A stretch of 64,000 nucleotides of DNA from Actinomycetes bacterium (GCA_024641245.1 JAHEDK010000002.1:167136-231135); one strand, 5' to 3'. Counted from the stretch's first letter, positions 9,055-19,790 are shown. Translations and numbers: made by a program. Notes: generated by a model not told the origin, from the letters alone.

Positions 9055-10461
9055 ATGAAACTTCGTCTCCACAGTCCCCGCGAGCTCGCCACCAGGCTCA
9101 GATTGACCGCGCGCCGCAACCCCGAAGAGGTAGAGGAATACCTCGATACCCACCATGAGGAATGGGAAGCGCTGGCGGAGGCGGACCCGCACGATGCCGC
9201 CGACATCCTCGAGGAACTAGGCGAACAAGCGGCCACCGACCTCATCGCCGATCTCGATCCGGACGACGCCGCCGACGTCCTCGAGGAAATGCGGGACGAC
9301 CTAGCTGCCGACATCCTCGAGGAGATGGACCCGGAGGATGCAGCTGATGTCCTCGAGGAGATGCCCGCCGACGAGGCAGTCGACATCATTCATCGCCTCG
9401 ATCCGGAAGCGCGGATGGAGCTCATCGCCAAGCTCGAGCCGTACTTCACCGACGAAGTCAGACAGTTGCTCGAGTACCCGACGGACACCGTCGGGGGCCA
9501 TATGACTTCATCGTTCGCCTCGCTGCCGCTCGGCATGACCGCAGGTGAGGCGATCGAGCGCATCCGGCAGCTGAACGAAGAGCTCGAAGATCTCTCCTAC
9601 GTCTACATCGTCGATGACGACCGCAAGCTCGTTGGTGTCTTGTCGTTCCGGGAACTGGTGTTCAATCGGCCGGGTGCCGGCCTCGCCGACGTGATGATCC
9701 CGAATCCCATTGGCGTCACTCCCCTCACCGATCGCGAAGAGGCCGCAGAGCTGGCCCAGCGCTACCACCTCTTCAGCCTCCCCGTCGTCGACGACAGTGG
9801 ACGGCTGATCGGCCGGCTCCCCAATGAGGAAATCATGGAGGCGATCCAACTGGAGGCCTCCGAGGACTTCGCGCTGGCGACCGGTGCCGGTGCCCACGAG
9901 ACGGTCTTCACGCCCGTGTTGGGCTCGGTCCGGATGCGGCTCCCCTGGCTCAGTCTCAACCTACTCTTCGCCCTGGTGGTCACATTCGTGATCGAACACC
10001 AAACAGGGATCATCAGTGAGGAGCCCATCCTGGCGGCGTTGATGCCCGTGATCGCCGGGCTCGGCGGCAACAGTGGGTTCCAGAGCCTGGCCGTGGTGAT
10101 CAGGGCCCTCGCCACCGATGACGTCCCGGGTGCTCAGATCTTTTCGGTGATGGGTAGACAACTCGCCATTGGTGTCCTGAACGGAGTGAACCTGGCGGTA
10201 ATCGCCGGGGCCCTCGCCATGTTCCTGATCAACACCGGCGTCTTCAACTCCAACTCGTCGCCCATCACGATGGGGCTTGCGGTGGGCATCGCCGCCTTCG
10301 GAAACGTGACTGTTGCCGGCTTCGCAGGGTCCGGCATACCACTTCTGCTGAGGAAACTTGGACTCGATCCTGCCCAGGCCTCGAGCATCTTCCTGACGTT
10401 GATCACCGACGTCGTCGGCTTCGGTGGGTTCCTGGCCATATCGGCCGCGATCTTGAGCTGA
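9055..10461 (+). CDS. mgtE: magnesium transporter MgtE
   Basis: Acidic MgtE N-domain repeats (DAADILEE/DAADVLEEM), a CBS pair, and a C-terminal five-TM MgtE domain (GLGGNSGFQS...DVVGFGGFL). Confidence 0.9.
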   Translation: MKLRLHSPRELATRLRLTARRNPEEVEEYLDTHHEEWEALAEADPHDAADILEELGEQAATDLIADLDPDDAADVLEEMRDDLAADILEEMDPEDAADVLEEMPADEAVDIIHRLDPEARMELIAKLEPYFTDEVRQLLEYPTDTVGGHMTSSFASLPLGMTAGEAIERIRQLNEELEDLSYVYIVDDDRKLVGVLSFRELVFNRPGAGLADVMIPNPIGVTPLTDREEAAELAQRYHLFSLPVVDDSGRLIGRLPNEEIMEAIQLEASEDFALATGAGAHETVFTPVLGSVRMRLPWLSLNLLFALVVTFVIEHQTGIISEEPILAALMPVIAGLGGNSGFQSLAVVIRALATDDVPGAQIFSVMGRQLAIGVLNGVNLAVIAGALAMFLINTGVFNSNSSPITMGLAVGIAAFGNVTVAGFAGSGIPLLLRKLGLDPAQASSIFLTLITDVVGFGGFLAISAAILS

Positions 10462-10602
10462 ACGCGGAAATCCGGGTCTCGGGGACCCGTTCATAGTTCT
10501 GGTTACAGAACCCGAGTTGATTGCTTCGACGTGAAGAGGTGTTTTCAGCGTGCCGGCACTCGCAAGCCTGAGCCGTTGCCCTCCGAATCGGCGTTATCCC
10601 TT

Positions 10603-12186
10603 CTAGCCCGTACGGCCCGGGAATTCCACAATGTCGGCGGTTCGGCTCATCAATCGATCGACCTCGATCATGGCTCGCACGACATTGGCATCGAACCGGC
10701 TGCCGGCGTGGGCACGCAACTCGGCAAATGCCTGCTCCGGCACCATCCGCGGCCGGTGTGGGCGGTCGGAGGTCATCGCGTCGTACGCGTCCGCCACCAA
10801 AACGATTCTGGCGAACAGCGGAATGTCCGCTTCCTTCAACCGGCGTGGATACCCCTCGCCGTCAAGTTGTTCGTGATGACATAACACGGCATTGGCAACG
10901 TCTTCGTGCACAGCTTCGGCTATCAAATCGAACCCGCTGGCCGCATGCGCGCGGATAGCCGCCCAATCCTCATCATTGAGTGATTCGGTCTTGAGTAACA
11001 CCGAATCGGGAACGGCTAGCATCCCGACATCGTGAAGTAGCCCCGTCAATCTGAGCCGTTCGAGCTCGAAAACCTTCAGTTCCAGAACCGTTCCAATCTG
11101 TGTCGACAGCTCCGCAACCCGCACCGAGTGATCGGCCAGCCACGGCGCCCGCATGCGCAAGGCGGCGAGCAACGTTCCAACAACGGGCGTCATCGAGGTG
11201 AGCGACCGGCCCGAGCCGGCAAACGCCGGGGCGCCACCACTCAGCTTCGTGCAATTCTTGCCCGCCCGCTTGGCCGAGTACAGCGCCCGGTCGGCGGCTT
11301 CGACGATGTCCTTGGCCGACTGTGCATCATGTGGGAAGACCGAAACACCGAGGCTGACCGTCACCTGCCCGACACCAGACATGGGCTGGTCGGCAACTGC
11401 CAGACGGATACGCTCTGCCGCCTGGATCGCCCCTTCGGCATCCGTTTCCGGCATGATGATCCCGAATTCTTCACCTCCAACACGGCAGGCGATGTCGACC
11501 TCCCGGATCTGCCTCCGAAACGCTTCACCCATTCCCCGCAGCACAGCATCGCCGGTGCTGTGACCGTAGTTGTCGTTGACCGCCTTGAAATCATCGATGT
11601 CTGCCATGACTACGGCCAGCGGACGGTCGTAGCGACGGGCGCGCTCGAGTTCCTCACTCAGTCGATCAAAGAAGTATCCATGATTCTTGAGGCCGGTTAG
11701 CCAATCGGTGACTGAGAGCGCCTGCAACTGCGTTACCGATTGTTCGAGTTCCTCGTTCCGCTCCCGCTCACGCTCATAGAGCCGGCTGATCTCCTCGAGC
11801 ACCGGTCTACTGGCCTCGGCCGAGAGAAGGCCGGAACCACTGGAAACAGCCCGGATCGCGCCGATCAGATCTGCAGGCTTGCCTTTCACGACATAGGCGG
11901 CAGTGCCGGTGGATACCATTTCGCCGAGATGGGCTACATCACCGAACGAGGCGATCGCGACAATCTCGAGGCGTTGAGCTGAGAGGTCGCGCAACCGCCT
12001 GGCTGCCGTAACAGCCCCCATACCGGGGAGCGCGACGTCGATGACGGCCACCGTCGGGGACATGACGCGAGCGCGCTGGATGGCTTCCTCACCGGTGGAG
12101 GCTTCCCCAACGACTTCGAAACCGGCTCCTGCCAGCACACTTGCCGTGGCGGCACGAGCAGTTGCATCGTCGTCGACGAGCATCAC
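10603..12186 (-). CDS. response regulator receiver - GGDEF - HD-GYP domain protein (c-di-GMP turnover)
   Basis: REC domain (LVDDD...VAVIDVALPGM), GGDEF domain (RVGGEEFGIIM), and HD-GYP domain (HDVGMLAVP...HHEQLDGEGYPRRL). Confidence 0.9.
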   Translation of the reverse strand: MMLVDDDATARAATASVLAGAGFEVVGEASTGEEAIQRARVMSPTVAVIDVALPGMGAVTAARRLRDLSAQRLEIVAIASFGDVAHLGEMVSTGTAAYVVKGKPADLIGAIRAVSSGSGLLSAEASRPVLEEISRLYERERERNEELEQSVTQLQALSVTDWLTGLKNHGYFFDRLSEELERARRYDRPLAVVMADIDDFKAVNDNYGHSTGDAVLRGMGEAFRRQIREVDIACRVGGEEFGIIMPETDAEGAIQAAERIRLAVADQPMSGVGQVTVSLGVSVFPHDAQSAKDIVEAADRALYSAKRAGKNCTKLSGGAPAFAGSGRSLTSMTPVVGTLLAALRMRAPWLADHSVRVAELSTQIGTVLELKVFELERLRLTGLLHDVGMLAVPDSVLLKTESLNDEDWAAIRAHAASGFDLIAEAVHEDVANAVLCHHEQLDGEGYPRRLKEADIPLFARIVLVADAYDAMTSDRPHRPRMVPEQAFAELRAHAGSRFDANVVRAMIEVDRLMSRTADIVEFPGRTG

Positions 12187-12264
12187 TCGAATGTCCAGTG
12201 CAGTCCTCCGCGTCGATAGCTTCTGTGTTCCTATCGGCGCGAAACCGGCGATCGTTGAGGAACT

Positions 12265-12801
12265 CTATGAACCGATCTCGTAGCCTGGCACATCCTGGAA
12301 TGGGCCTTCGAAAGAGACCGACGTCCCGTCGACGAGCTTCAGCAGATAGTGGGCCTCGAGATCGGCCTTCTGGTCGTCGGTGAGATCGGCCGGGTCGGCG
12401 AGTACTAGTTCGAGCACCGAAGCGTCGTCGATCACGTGTGCCTCGGCGACGGGGCCGAACGTGTCAACGACATCGAGGATGAGCTGTTCTAGGTCGTGGT
12501 CCGTCACACCACTGCTGACGTCATCCAGGACGATCACGAGAAGATCACCGTTGTCACCGGGACTCCGATGGACGATCTCGTAAGTCGGCAGCGCGGCGAC
12601 CTCGAGCGTAGTAGTGGTCGAGTCACCTTCGTCTCCCTGTGTGTCGACTCCGTCCGCGTCGCCGGAGGTGTCGCCGCTCAGGATGCTCGTAGACGTCGCA
12701 GACGCCTCATCCGTGAGGGTCGTCGTGCTCTCGTCGTCTCCGCTGCACGCGGCTGCTGCCAGGAGAGCGATCAGAAATGGGATCAGAATTCGTATGCGCA
12801 T
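12265..12801 (-). CDS. hypothetical lipoprotein, acidic
   Basis: Signal peptide with lipobox MRIRILIPFLIALLAAAACSG when started at ATG 12801. No family recognised. Confidence 0.5.
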   Translation of the reverse strand: MRIRILIPFLIALLAAAACSGDDESTTTLTDEASATSTSILSGDTSGDADGVDTQGDEGDSTTTTLEVAALPTYEIVHRSPGDNGDLLVIVLDDVSSGVTDHDLEQLILDVVDTFGPVAEAHVIDDASVLELVLADPADLTDDQKADLEAHYLLKLVDGTSVSFEGPFQDVPGYEIGS

Positions 12802-12873
12802 GACCCTCCAACGTACACGACCATCGCCAAAGTTCCCTATCAACCTGCGTGCGGGAGGGGTAGGATCTGACAG

Positions 12874-14187
12874 GTGAGGCGGATTTGCTGGGAATTCGTG
12901 CTGGTTTTACTCGTGTTTGTTGCGTCGACGGGTCCTGTTGTCGCGCAAGAAACGACAGATCTGCCGACCTGCGCCCCGATCACGCTTGAGGACCTGTTTC
13001 CCGAGTTGTATGCACCGGAGGAACCGGCGGCGGATGACTCGGCTGCCGAAGCCCCGGTGGCGGCGGAAGAACCGCCCGCTGATGCACCGCCGGTAGAGGA
13101 GCCACCCGCGGATATACCGCCGGCAGGCGAGCCTCCTGCCGAAGCTCCACCCCCCGTCGAGGAACCGGCTGAACCCGCCTGCACGCCATTCGTCTACAAC
13201 CTCGACTACCCGGTGGCCGGCAAGTCGGTGGCGGTGTCCTCGTTCGGCGCAGATCGCTCCGACCACCAGCACGCCGGCAACGATATCGCGGCGGCGTCTC
13301 TCACCCCGGTAGTGGCTGCGGCAAGCGGACGGGTTTCCTGGGTCGCTCCGGAGTGCTGCGCGCTGGCCATCCGCCATGACGACGGCTGGACGACCTGGTA
13401 CATCCACCTCAACAACGATACGTTCGGCACAGATGACGGCCTCGGGTGGGGGATCGCGCCGGGGCTGGCGGTGGACACACCGGTTGTGGCCGGACAAATC
13501 ATCGGCTGGGTCGGCGATTCCGGCAATGCCGAAGACTCGCAGCCGCATCTCCATTTCGAGTTGCGGGATCCGTCGGGAACTGCAGTCGACCCGGCGTCCA
13601 GCCTCTCGGCAGGCCGGCAGCGAACGGAGACCCAGGACTTCCGGGGACCATTCGCCGACGACGATGGAAGCCCGTTCGCAGAGGCGATCTCGACACTGAC
13701 ATCGGTGGGGCTTCTAGCGGGATGTGGCGACGATCCGGCCGCCTTCTGCCCCGATACACCGATGACCGGCCTCGAGATTGCCACTCTGGTAGAGCGCATC
13801 ACCGACCTCGACATCACCAACGTACGCCTGGCGAGAAGTCCGGAAGGTCCCTGGCAAGACAGGATGAGGGCGCGAACCGGTTTCGTCCGGCCACCCCGCG
13901 CGTTGTCATCGTGCGCCCTCAGGGCGTTCTGCACCGACGCTCTCATCACCTTTGAAGATCTGAGAGAGCTTGCGGCCCTCCTACAGGAAATGACCTCAAC
14001 CGACCTCGACACGCTCATGACCGTCGAGGATCTGGCGGGTTCGCTGTTGGAGCAGAGCGATGGCAGCACACCGCTCGCCTACTGCAACGCCTCTCTCACC
14101 CGCTACGTTACGAATGGAGAAATGGCAGAGATGATCGCCAGGGCGCTGGGACTGGTCGGCCCACCGCCGTGTGATCAGATCGAGTGA
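12874..14187 (+). CDS. M23 family metallopeptidase with Pro/Glu/Ala-rich linker
   Basis: Signal peptide, PEPA-rich low-complexity linker, and M23 motifs HAGNDIAA and SQPHLHFELRD. Confidence 0.8.
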   Translation: MRRICWEFVLVLLVFVASTGPVVAQETTDLPTCAPITLEDLFPELYAPEEPAADDSAAEAPVAAEEPPADAPPVEEPPADIPPAGEPPAEAPPPVEEPAEPACTPFVYNLDYPVAGKSVAVSSFGADRSDHQHAGNDIAAASLTPVVAAASGRVSWVAPECCALAIRHDDGWTTWYIHLNNDTFGTDDGLGWGIAPGLAVDTPVVAGQIIGWVGDSGNAEDSQPHLHFELRDPSGTAVDPASSLSAGRQRTETQDFRGPFADDDGSPFAEAISTLTSVGLLAGCGDDPAAFCPDTPMTGLEIATLVERITDLDITNVRLARSPEGPWQDRMRARTGFVRPPRALSSCALRAFCTDALITFEDLRELAALLQEMTSTDLDTLMTVEDLAGSLLEQSDGSTPLAYCNASLTRYVTNGEMAEMIARALGLVGPPPCDQIE

Positions 14188-15008
14188 GCAGCTGCCAGAA
14201 CGCGCTCCCTGAACGCTGCTCCCAATGCAGGCGTCACCGATCCGCCGGCGAACCTACGCTCCCCCACCCGGCTGACCGGCATCACCTCTTTCACGGTCGA
14301 CAGGACGAAGAACTCTTGCGCACGCTCGAGTCGTACGATCGGGAACCGGCCCTCCCGCACTTCGATACCGAGATCGGCAGCCACCTCCATGGTCACCGTT
14401 CGAGTGATCGAGCTGAGAATGCCGAGATCGAGTGAAGGGGTCTCAACCACTCCGTCGACGACCCAGCCGACCGAATTCGTCGGACCCTCGAGCATGATCC
14501 CTTCCCGACTGATCAGCAATGCGTCGTCGAATCCTGCGGATTTCGCCATGCGCACGGACGCCATGTTTGGTCCGTATGACAGGCCCTTCACTCCTGCCAG
14601 CTCCCATGGAAACCCACCAGAGTGCCATGGGGCTGATATCTCAATCAGCGCCATGGACGGCGGAAGGATCGGCAGTTCCTCCCAAAAGACGATCAGCCTC
14701 GGTGGGGCGTCGATGTGGGCATCGGTACCGCCCCTGGTGGCGATCACGCGCACCACACAGTCCCCACCGTCGGCGGCGGCAGTCGCTACCCAATCGGTGA
14801 TCAAGCTTCGATCCGGCAGCATCGCCTCCATACCGAGAACAGCCGCGCTGTTCATGAGCCGATCGAGGTGAGCGTCGACGGCGAAGGCGACACCATCGTA
14901 TGACCGGAGAGCCTCAAAGCAGCCATCACCTCGTACGACTCCCCAGTCGAACACGGAGATGGAGGCAGTAACGGGGTCGACCTCTTTGCCATCGATCAGG
15001 ACTCGCAT
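14175..15008 (-). CDS. aminotransferase class IV (branched-chain amino acid aminotransferase / aminodeoxychorismate lyase family)
   Basis: Class IV fold motifs (FDWGVVRGDGCFE, EGPTNSV, SSITR). I prefer ATG 15008 (MRVLIDGKEV). Confidence 0.8.
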   Translation of the reverse strand: MRVLIDGKEVDPVTASISVFDWGVVRGDGCFEALRSYDGVAFAVDAHLDRLMNSAAVLGMEAMLPDRSLITDWVATAAADGGDCVVRVIATRGGTDAHIDAPPRLIVFWEELPILPPSMALIEISAPWHSGGFPWELAGVKGLSYGPNMASVRMAKSAGFDDALLISREGIMLEGPTNSVGWVVDGVVETPSLDLGILSSITRTVTMEVAADLGIEVREGRFPIVRLERAQEFFVLSTVKEVMPVSRVGERRFAGGSVTPALGAAFRERVLAAAHSI

Positions 15009-15111
15009 GCGTGAGAGGCTAGCGCTGGTGGGGAAGAGGCAGAAGGCCATCAGCCCCACGGAGGTGGCGGAGGAACTCGGTACTGCGGCGATCTCCGTGT
15101 GTTCGGAATCA

Positions 15112-16821
15112 CTAGCGGCCCTGATACCCGTTCGTGATCGGGAGCCTGCGGTCCTTTCCGAACGCTTTCGTCGTGATCTTCACGCCCGGGGCAGCCTGCC
15201 GCCGTTTGTACTCGTTCTGGTCGACCAAGCGCGCCACGCGGGCAACGACGTCCGGGGCGAAGCCACGAGCAACTACACCGGCTACCGACAGGTCATCCTC
15301 GACGTATGCTCTCAGAATCCCATCGAGCTCGTCGTAATCGGGAAGGCTGTCGCTATCCAGTTGGTCGGGACGCAACTCAGCCGACGGAGGTTTCTCGATG
15401 ATGGAAGGAGGGATCACCTCGCGCTCAGTGTTACGCCATAAGGCCAGGCGGTAGACAAGGGTCTTGAGGACGTCTTTCAGGACCGCGTATCCGCCTGCCA
15501 TGTCCCCGTAGAGAGTGGCATAGCCGACCGCCATCTCAGACTTGTTTCCGGTCGCCACGACCATCCCTCCGAATTTGTTGGAGACCGCCATGAGGATGGC
15601 GCCCCGGATCCGGGCCTGCAGGTTTTCCTCGGCCACTCCAAACGGCTCTCCTGCAAACACGGGCATCAGCGTGCGGAGATAGGCCTCGAACACGTCGTCC
15701 ATCGGCACGACCTCAAAGCGAATCCCCAATCGTTCGGCGAGGTCACGTGAGTCGGTAACCGAACCATCGGAACTGAAGCGAGAAGGCATTGAGATCCCCA
15801 GCACATGCTCTGGCCCCAGGGCATCGGCGGCGATGACTGCAGTCAGTGCGGAATCGATGCCCCCGGAGAGCCCGATTACTACATGGTGGAAGCCGTTCTT
15901 GCGTACATAATCACGCAGTCCAACCACAAGCGCCCCGTAGACCTCCGCCTCGGGTGGTTCGAGTAGCGGGACCGGCGCAACCGGTTCGAGTGGGCGACGT
16001 TCGGCCCGGTCGGATGAGATCGAGTCGATGACGCGATTCGATCGCCTGTCGGAGATCGGCACGTCAACGACAAAGAAGTGCTCGACGAACTGGGGTGCCC
16101 TGTAGAGAAGAGTCCCGTCGGCTGTCAGCACGAGACTGGCACCATCGAAGACCAACTCGTCCTGCCCCCCGACCTGATTGACGTATACCAGAGGAACGCC
16201 TGCCTCGAGGGCGCGCTGCCGCAACATCTCTTCGCGCTCGGTGGCCTTGCCGTAATGGAACGGCGAGGCGTTGATGTTCAGCAAAACCTGTGCCCCACCG
16301 GCTGCTTGTTGCGCTGGAGGCCCGTCGGCAACCCAGATGTCCTCGCAGACGGAGACGCCCGCGGCAACTCCGTCCAATCCCCACAGGGCAGCTTCGTTGC
16401 CGCCGCGGATGAAGTAGCGGGTCTCGTCGAATACGCCGTAATCGGGCAGCAGGACCTTGTGATACACCCCCCGCACCGCGCCGTCGTACAGAAGTCCTGC
16501 TGCATTGGCCAGCGTTCGCTCCATTGCATCGCCGGTGGGAACGCGTCCGCCCCCTGCCCTATCGACGAATCCGACCACCGTCACTGCTCGGCGGGAAGCC
16601 GAAGCCAGACGGTGGAGCACCTCGAGGTTGGCGTCGATGAACCCCTGCCGCAGCAACAGGTCCTCGGGCGGGTAGCCGGTGATGGCCAGCTCAGGCAGGA
16701 CCAGCACATCTGCCTGCTGTTCCTCGGCCCTGGACATTGCTTCGAGGATCTTCACTTCATTGCCCGGGAGGTCGCCGACAACCAGATCGAGTTGCGCACC
16801 CGCTACGCGAAGGTTTTGCAT
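15112..16821 (-). CDS. nadE: glutamine-dependent NAD+ synthetase
   Basis: N-terminal CN-hydrolase domain (LPELAITGYPPEDL...CEDIW) plus a C-terminal NAD synthetase domain with P-loop GLSGGIDS. Confidence 0.9.
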   Translation of the reverse strand: MQNLRVAGAQLDLVVGDLPGNEVKILEAMSRAEEQQADVLVLPELAITGYPPEDLLLRQGFIDANLEVLHRLASASRRAVTVVGFVDRAGGGRVPTGDAMERTLANAAGLLYDGAVRGVYHKVLLPDYGVFDETRYFIRGGNEAALWGLDGVAAGVSVCEDIWVADGPPAQQAAGGAQVLLNINASPFHYGKATEREEMLRQRALEAGVPLVYVNQVGGQDELVFDGASLVLTADGTLLYRAPQFVEHFFVVDVPISDRRSNRVIDSISSDRAERRPLEPVAPVPLLEPPEAEVYGALVVGLRDYVRKNGFHHVVIGLSGGIDSALTAVIAADALGPEHVLGISMPSRFSSDGSVTDSRDLAERLGIRFEVVPMDDVFEAYLRTLMPVFAGEPFGVAEENLQARIRGAILMAVSNKFGGMVVATGNKSEMAVGYATLYGDMAGGYAVLKDVLKTLVYRLALWRNTEREVIPPSIIEKPPSAELRPDQLDSDSLPDYDELDGILRAYVEDDLSVAGVVARGFAPDVVARVARLVDQNEYKRRQAAPGVKITTKAFGKDRRLPITNGYQGR

Positions 16822-16862
16822 AGGCGTAGCTTAGGAACGCGTCAACCAACGCAAGGGCGGGA

Positions 16863-19790
16863 ATGAACGGCAATCGGTCACCATCGCGATACGGCATCTG
16901 GCCTGAACTCGCCCTGCGCCTTGCGCGGGCCGGGTGGCTCACCAACGGTGTGGTCGACGAACCGGCCGTTCCCCTCTTGCGCGCCGTCCGTTCTGGGCCC
17001 GATCCGGAGGGTGCACTCGAGCGGATCGCCGCCATCCTCGAGCGAGATCCGGGGGTCGCCGCCCGGACCCTGGAGGATCTCCAGTTCGGTCTCGCACTGG
17101 TGGCTGTGGCAGGAGCCAGCCGGGTTCTCTCTCAACGAGTGCTGCTCGAGCCGGCCATGCTGCCGGGACCGCACGATTCCTCTCCCCGGCCGCCCGATTT
17201 GCATGACATGCATCCCGAAGCCCTGAGAGCCGTCCGGCGCTTTGTTCAGACCTCGATGCTCGGAATCGCCGTGCGCGACCTCATGGGCTACGACGACCTG
17301 CCCGCCGTCGGTAGAGCACTGGCGGTGCTGGCAGACTCGGCGGCGACGTTCGCACTCGAATCCGCCCATAACCAGGTGCGCACAGCGCCGCGCTACGCAG
17401 ATATGCCACCCGTCCCTATCGCGGTCATAGCTATGGGGAAATGGGGTGGCCTGGAACTCAACTACTCCTCGGATATCGACGTTCTGTTCGTTCACGGCAA
17501 CCCCTCGTCCCTGGATGCCGGGCGCGCAACTGAGTACGCCGGAAGAGTCAGCGCGACCTTCATGGCCACACTCTCCCAGGTCACCGCCGATGGTTCCGCC
17601 TATCGAGTCGACGCCGATCTTCGACCGGAAGGGAAGAACGGTCCGCTGGTGCGCACCGTGGAGTCGTACCGCGCCTATTACGAGCGCTGGGCCAGCACCT
17701 GGGAGTTCCAGGCCCTCATCAAAGCCCGCCCGGCGGCCGGTGATGTGGCGCTCGGTGCTTCCTTCCTGGCCGCCATCGAACCGTTTGTCTATCCGGAGAC
17801 ACTCGACCCATCGGCCGTGCGAGAGGTCCGGGAGATGAAGGGACGCATCGAGGGACGAGCCGCCGAACAGGGAATCGACGAGGCCGAGATCAAGCGTGGA
17901 ATCGGGGGAATCCGGGACGTCGAATTCGCGGTGCAACTGCTGCAGTTGGTGCACGGGAGATTCGATCCCCACTTGCGTTCGCCCAACACGCTGAGGACCC
18001 TTCGCACACTCGCCGATGAAGGGTATGTCGGCCGGCCAGACGCAGAGGCAATGGCAACCGCCTACGTGTGGTTGCGCACCCTCGAACACCGGATCCAGCT
18101 GGTGGACCTTCGCCAAACCCACATGCTCCCCATACCCGCCTCTGAGCGCGAACGTCTCGCCAAGGCGATGACCTACCGGGACGGCGCCGCGGGATCCGCC
18201 CTAGCCTCATTCGAGCGTGATCTCGTCACGCACCGGAGCGTGGTGCGAACCATTCACGAGCGCCTGTTCTACCGCCCGCTGCTCGAGGCCTTTGCCGCCT
18301 CCCCGACCATCGCACTCACACCAGAAGGTGTGGCGCGCCAACTCTCGGCCCTCGGGTTCCGGGACGTTTCCGGGGCGCGTCGGGCGGTGGTGGATCTAAC
18401 CGCAGGTCTGTCGAGGCGTTCGAAGCTCATGCAGCAAACGCTCCCTCTGTTGCTCGAGTGGCTGTCACGGTCGCCGGATCCCGATCTGGGTCTCGAGCAA
18501 CTTCGCGTTCTAGTCACGACCACGAAGGACAACGCACCGCTGGTCGCGATACTTCGTGACAATCCGGTGGCGGCGGAGCGACTGTGCTATCTGCTCGGGG
18601 CCAGCCGCGTTGCCGGTAGGTTCATCGACCGCATCCCGCGCTTCCTCCCGGAACTCGGTGACGACAGTCGCATTCGCCGACCTATGAACCCGGCTGAGGT
18701 GAGAACGGACGCAGTCGAGTACGTCATGTTGCGTCCGACACATGAACGCCGATTGAACGCATTACGGAGATACGTCCGCAGCGCAACGCTGCGCATTGTG
18801 GCCAGGGATCTGCTCGACCTGGGCGGGGAACTACCGCCGGCCAGGGAGCTCTCGGACCTGGCGGACGGAGCCGTCGGCGCTGCCTTGCAGATTGCAGGGG
18901 ATGAATTCAGAGGTACGCCAAGTGCCGGGCTTCCATTCTCAGTCATTGCCATGGGCAAATGGGGAGGTCGGTTTCTCGACTACCCATCTGATCTCGATGT
19001 TCTCTTCGTCTACGAGGCCGCCGAAAACCTCCACGGGGAGCCTGCTCGCAGAGCTGCCGACGAACTCGCCCGCCGGTTCAGCGCCGCGCTGGGAAAGGTG
19101 ACCCCGGAAGGCATTGCCTTTAGAGTCGATCCCGGGCTGCGGCCCGAGGGCAAGGACGGCCCCCTCGCCCGCACACTGGACGGATACCGACAGTATTACG
19201 AGCGCTGGTCGGCGGTGTGGGAACACCAGGCGCTCATCAGGGCCCGCTGTGTGGGCGGCGATGCGGAACTTGGCGAACGATTCGTTGCCATGGCAGGGGA
19301 ATTCGCATTTCCGGATCGACTCTCATCGGAGGCCGTCCGCGAGATCCGCACGATGAAGGCTCGTATCGAGGCCGAGCGGATACCTCCCGGCGAGGATCCC
19401 GACTTCCATTTCAAACTGGGCAGAGGAGGTCTGGTCGATGTCGAATTCCTCGTGCAACTACTGCAGATGCGCCGCGGAGCGGTGGTGCCGGCCTTGCGCG
19501 CTCCGGCGACGCTCGAGGCTATAGCCGGAGCCGTCGACGCGGATCAGCTGACTGCCCAGGAAGGCGACAGCCTCACGGCGGCCTACCAGTTCTGCACGAA
19601 GATCCGCAACCGCCTCTACATCCAGACGGGCAGGGACATCGGCTCGCTGCCGACCGATCCGACCGAGCTCGCCCGCCTCGCCTTGTCACTCGGCTATCGA
19701 GGAGGCTCGGTCGGCAAGCTGCGTGAGGACTACCGCAGGGTGACGCGCCGGGCCCGTCGAGTCTTCGAACGACGATTCTATGAGGATTGA
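16863..19790 (+). CDS. glnE: bifunctional glutamine synthetase adenylyltransferase/adenylyl-removing enzyme
   Basis: Two repeated nucleotidyltransferase halves (AMGKWGGLELNYSSDIDVLFV / AMGKWGGRFLDYPSDLDVLFV, each followed by DADLRPEG / DPGLRPEG). Confidence 0.9.
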   Translation: MNGNRSPSRYGIWPELALRLARAGWLTNGVVDEPAVPLLRAVRSGPDPEGALERIAAILERDPGVAARTLEDLQFGLALVAVAGASRVLSQRVLLEPAMLPGPHDSSPRPPDLHDMHPEALRAVRRFVQTSMLGIAVRDLMGYDDLPAVGRALAVLADSAATFALESAHNQVRTAPRYADMPPVPIAVIAMGKWGGLELNYSSDIDVLFVHGNPSSLDAGRATEYAGRVSATFMATLSQVTADGSAYRVDADLRPEGKNGPLVRTVESYRAYYERWASTWEFQALIKARPAAGDVALGASFLAAIEPFVYPETLDPSAVREVREMKGRIEGRAAEQGIDEAEIKRGIGGIRDVEFAVQLLQLVHGRFDPHLRSPNTLRTLRTLADEGYVGRPDAEAMATAYVWLRTLEHRIQLVDLRQTHMLPIPASERERLAKAMTYRDGAAGSALASFERDLVTHRSVVRTIHERLFYRPLLEAFAASPTIALTPEGVARQLSALGFRDVSGARRAVVDLTAGLSRRSKLMQQTLPLLLEWLSRSPDPDLGLEQLRVLVTTTKDNAPLVAILRDNPVAAERLCYLLGASRVAGRFIDRIPRFLPELGDDSRIRRPMNPAEVRTDAVEYVMLRPTHERRLNALRRYVRSATLRIVARDLLDLGGELPPARELSDLADGAVGAALQIAGDEFRGTPSAGLPFSVIAMGKWGGRFLDYPSDLDVLFVYEAAENLHGEPARRAADELARRFSAALGKVTPEGIAFRVDPGLRPEGKDGPLARTLDGYRQYYERWSAVWEHQALIRARCVGGDAELGERFVAMAGEFAFPDRLSSEAVREIRTMKARIEAERIPPGEDPDFHFKLGRGGLVDVEFLVQLLQMRRGAVVPALRAPATLEAIAGAVDADQLTAQEGDSLTAAYQFCTKIRNRLYIQTGRDIGSLPTDPTELARLALSLGYRGGSVGKLREDYRRVTRRARRVFERRFYED

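Noticed and set aside
12995-13190. Pro/Glu/Ala-rich repeat DNA and antisense ORFs (12840-13184 and 12980-13189, minus strand)
   Set aside because: The region encodes the low-complexity linker of the M23 peptidase on the plus strand. The antisense ORFs are Gly/Ser/Ala-rich shadows.
16878-18122. 414-aa minus-strand ORF. Similar long antisense ORFs occur at 6423-7502(-), 3212-4414(+), 22142-23128(+), 24893-25834(-), 30421-31629(+), 34350-35141(-) and 60606-61631(-).
   Set aside because: Each lies entirely inside and opposite a gene with strong family motifs (glnE, anti-sigma, hydrolase, DAHP synthase, acyltransferase, methyltransferase, cytochrome b, NHL). Their sequences are low-complexity and Arg/Gly/Pro-rich. 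They are shadow ORFs.
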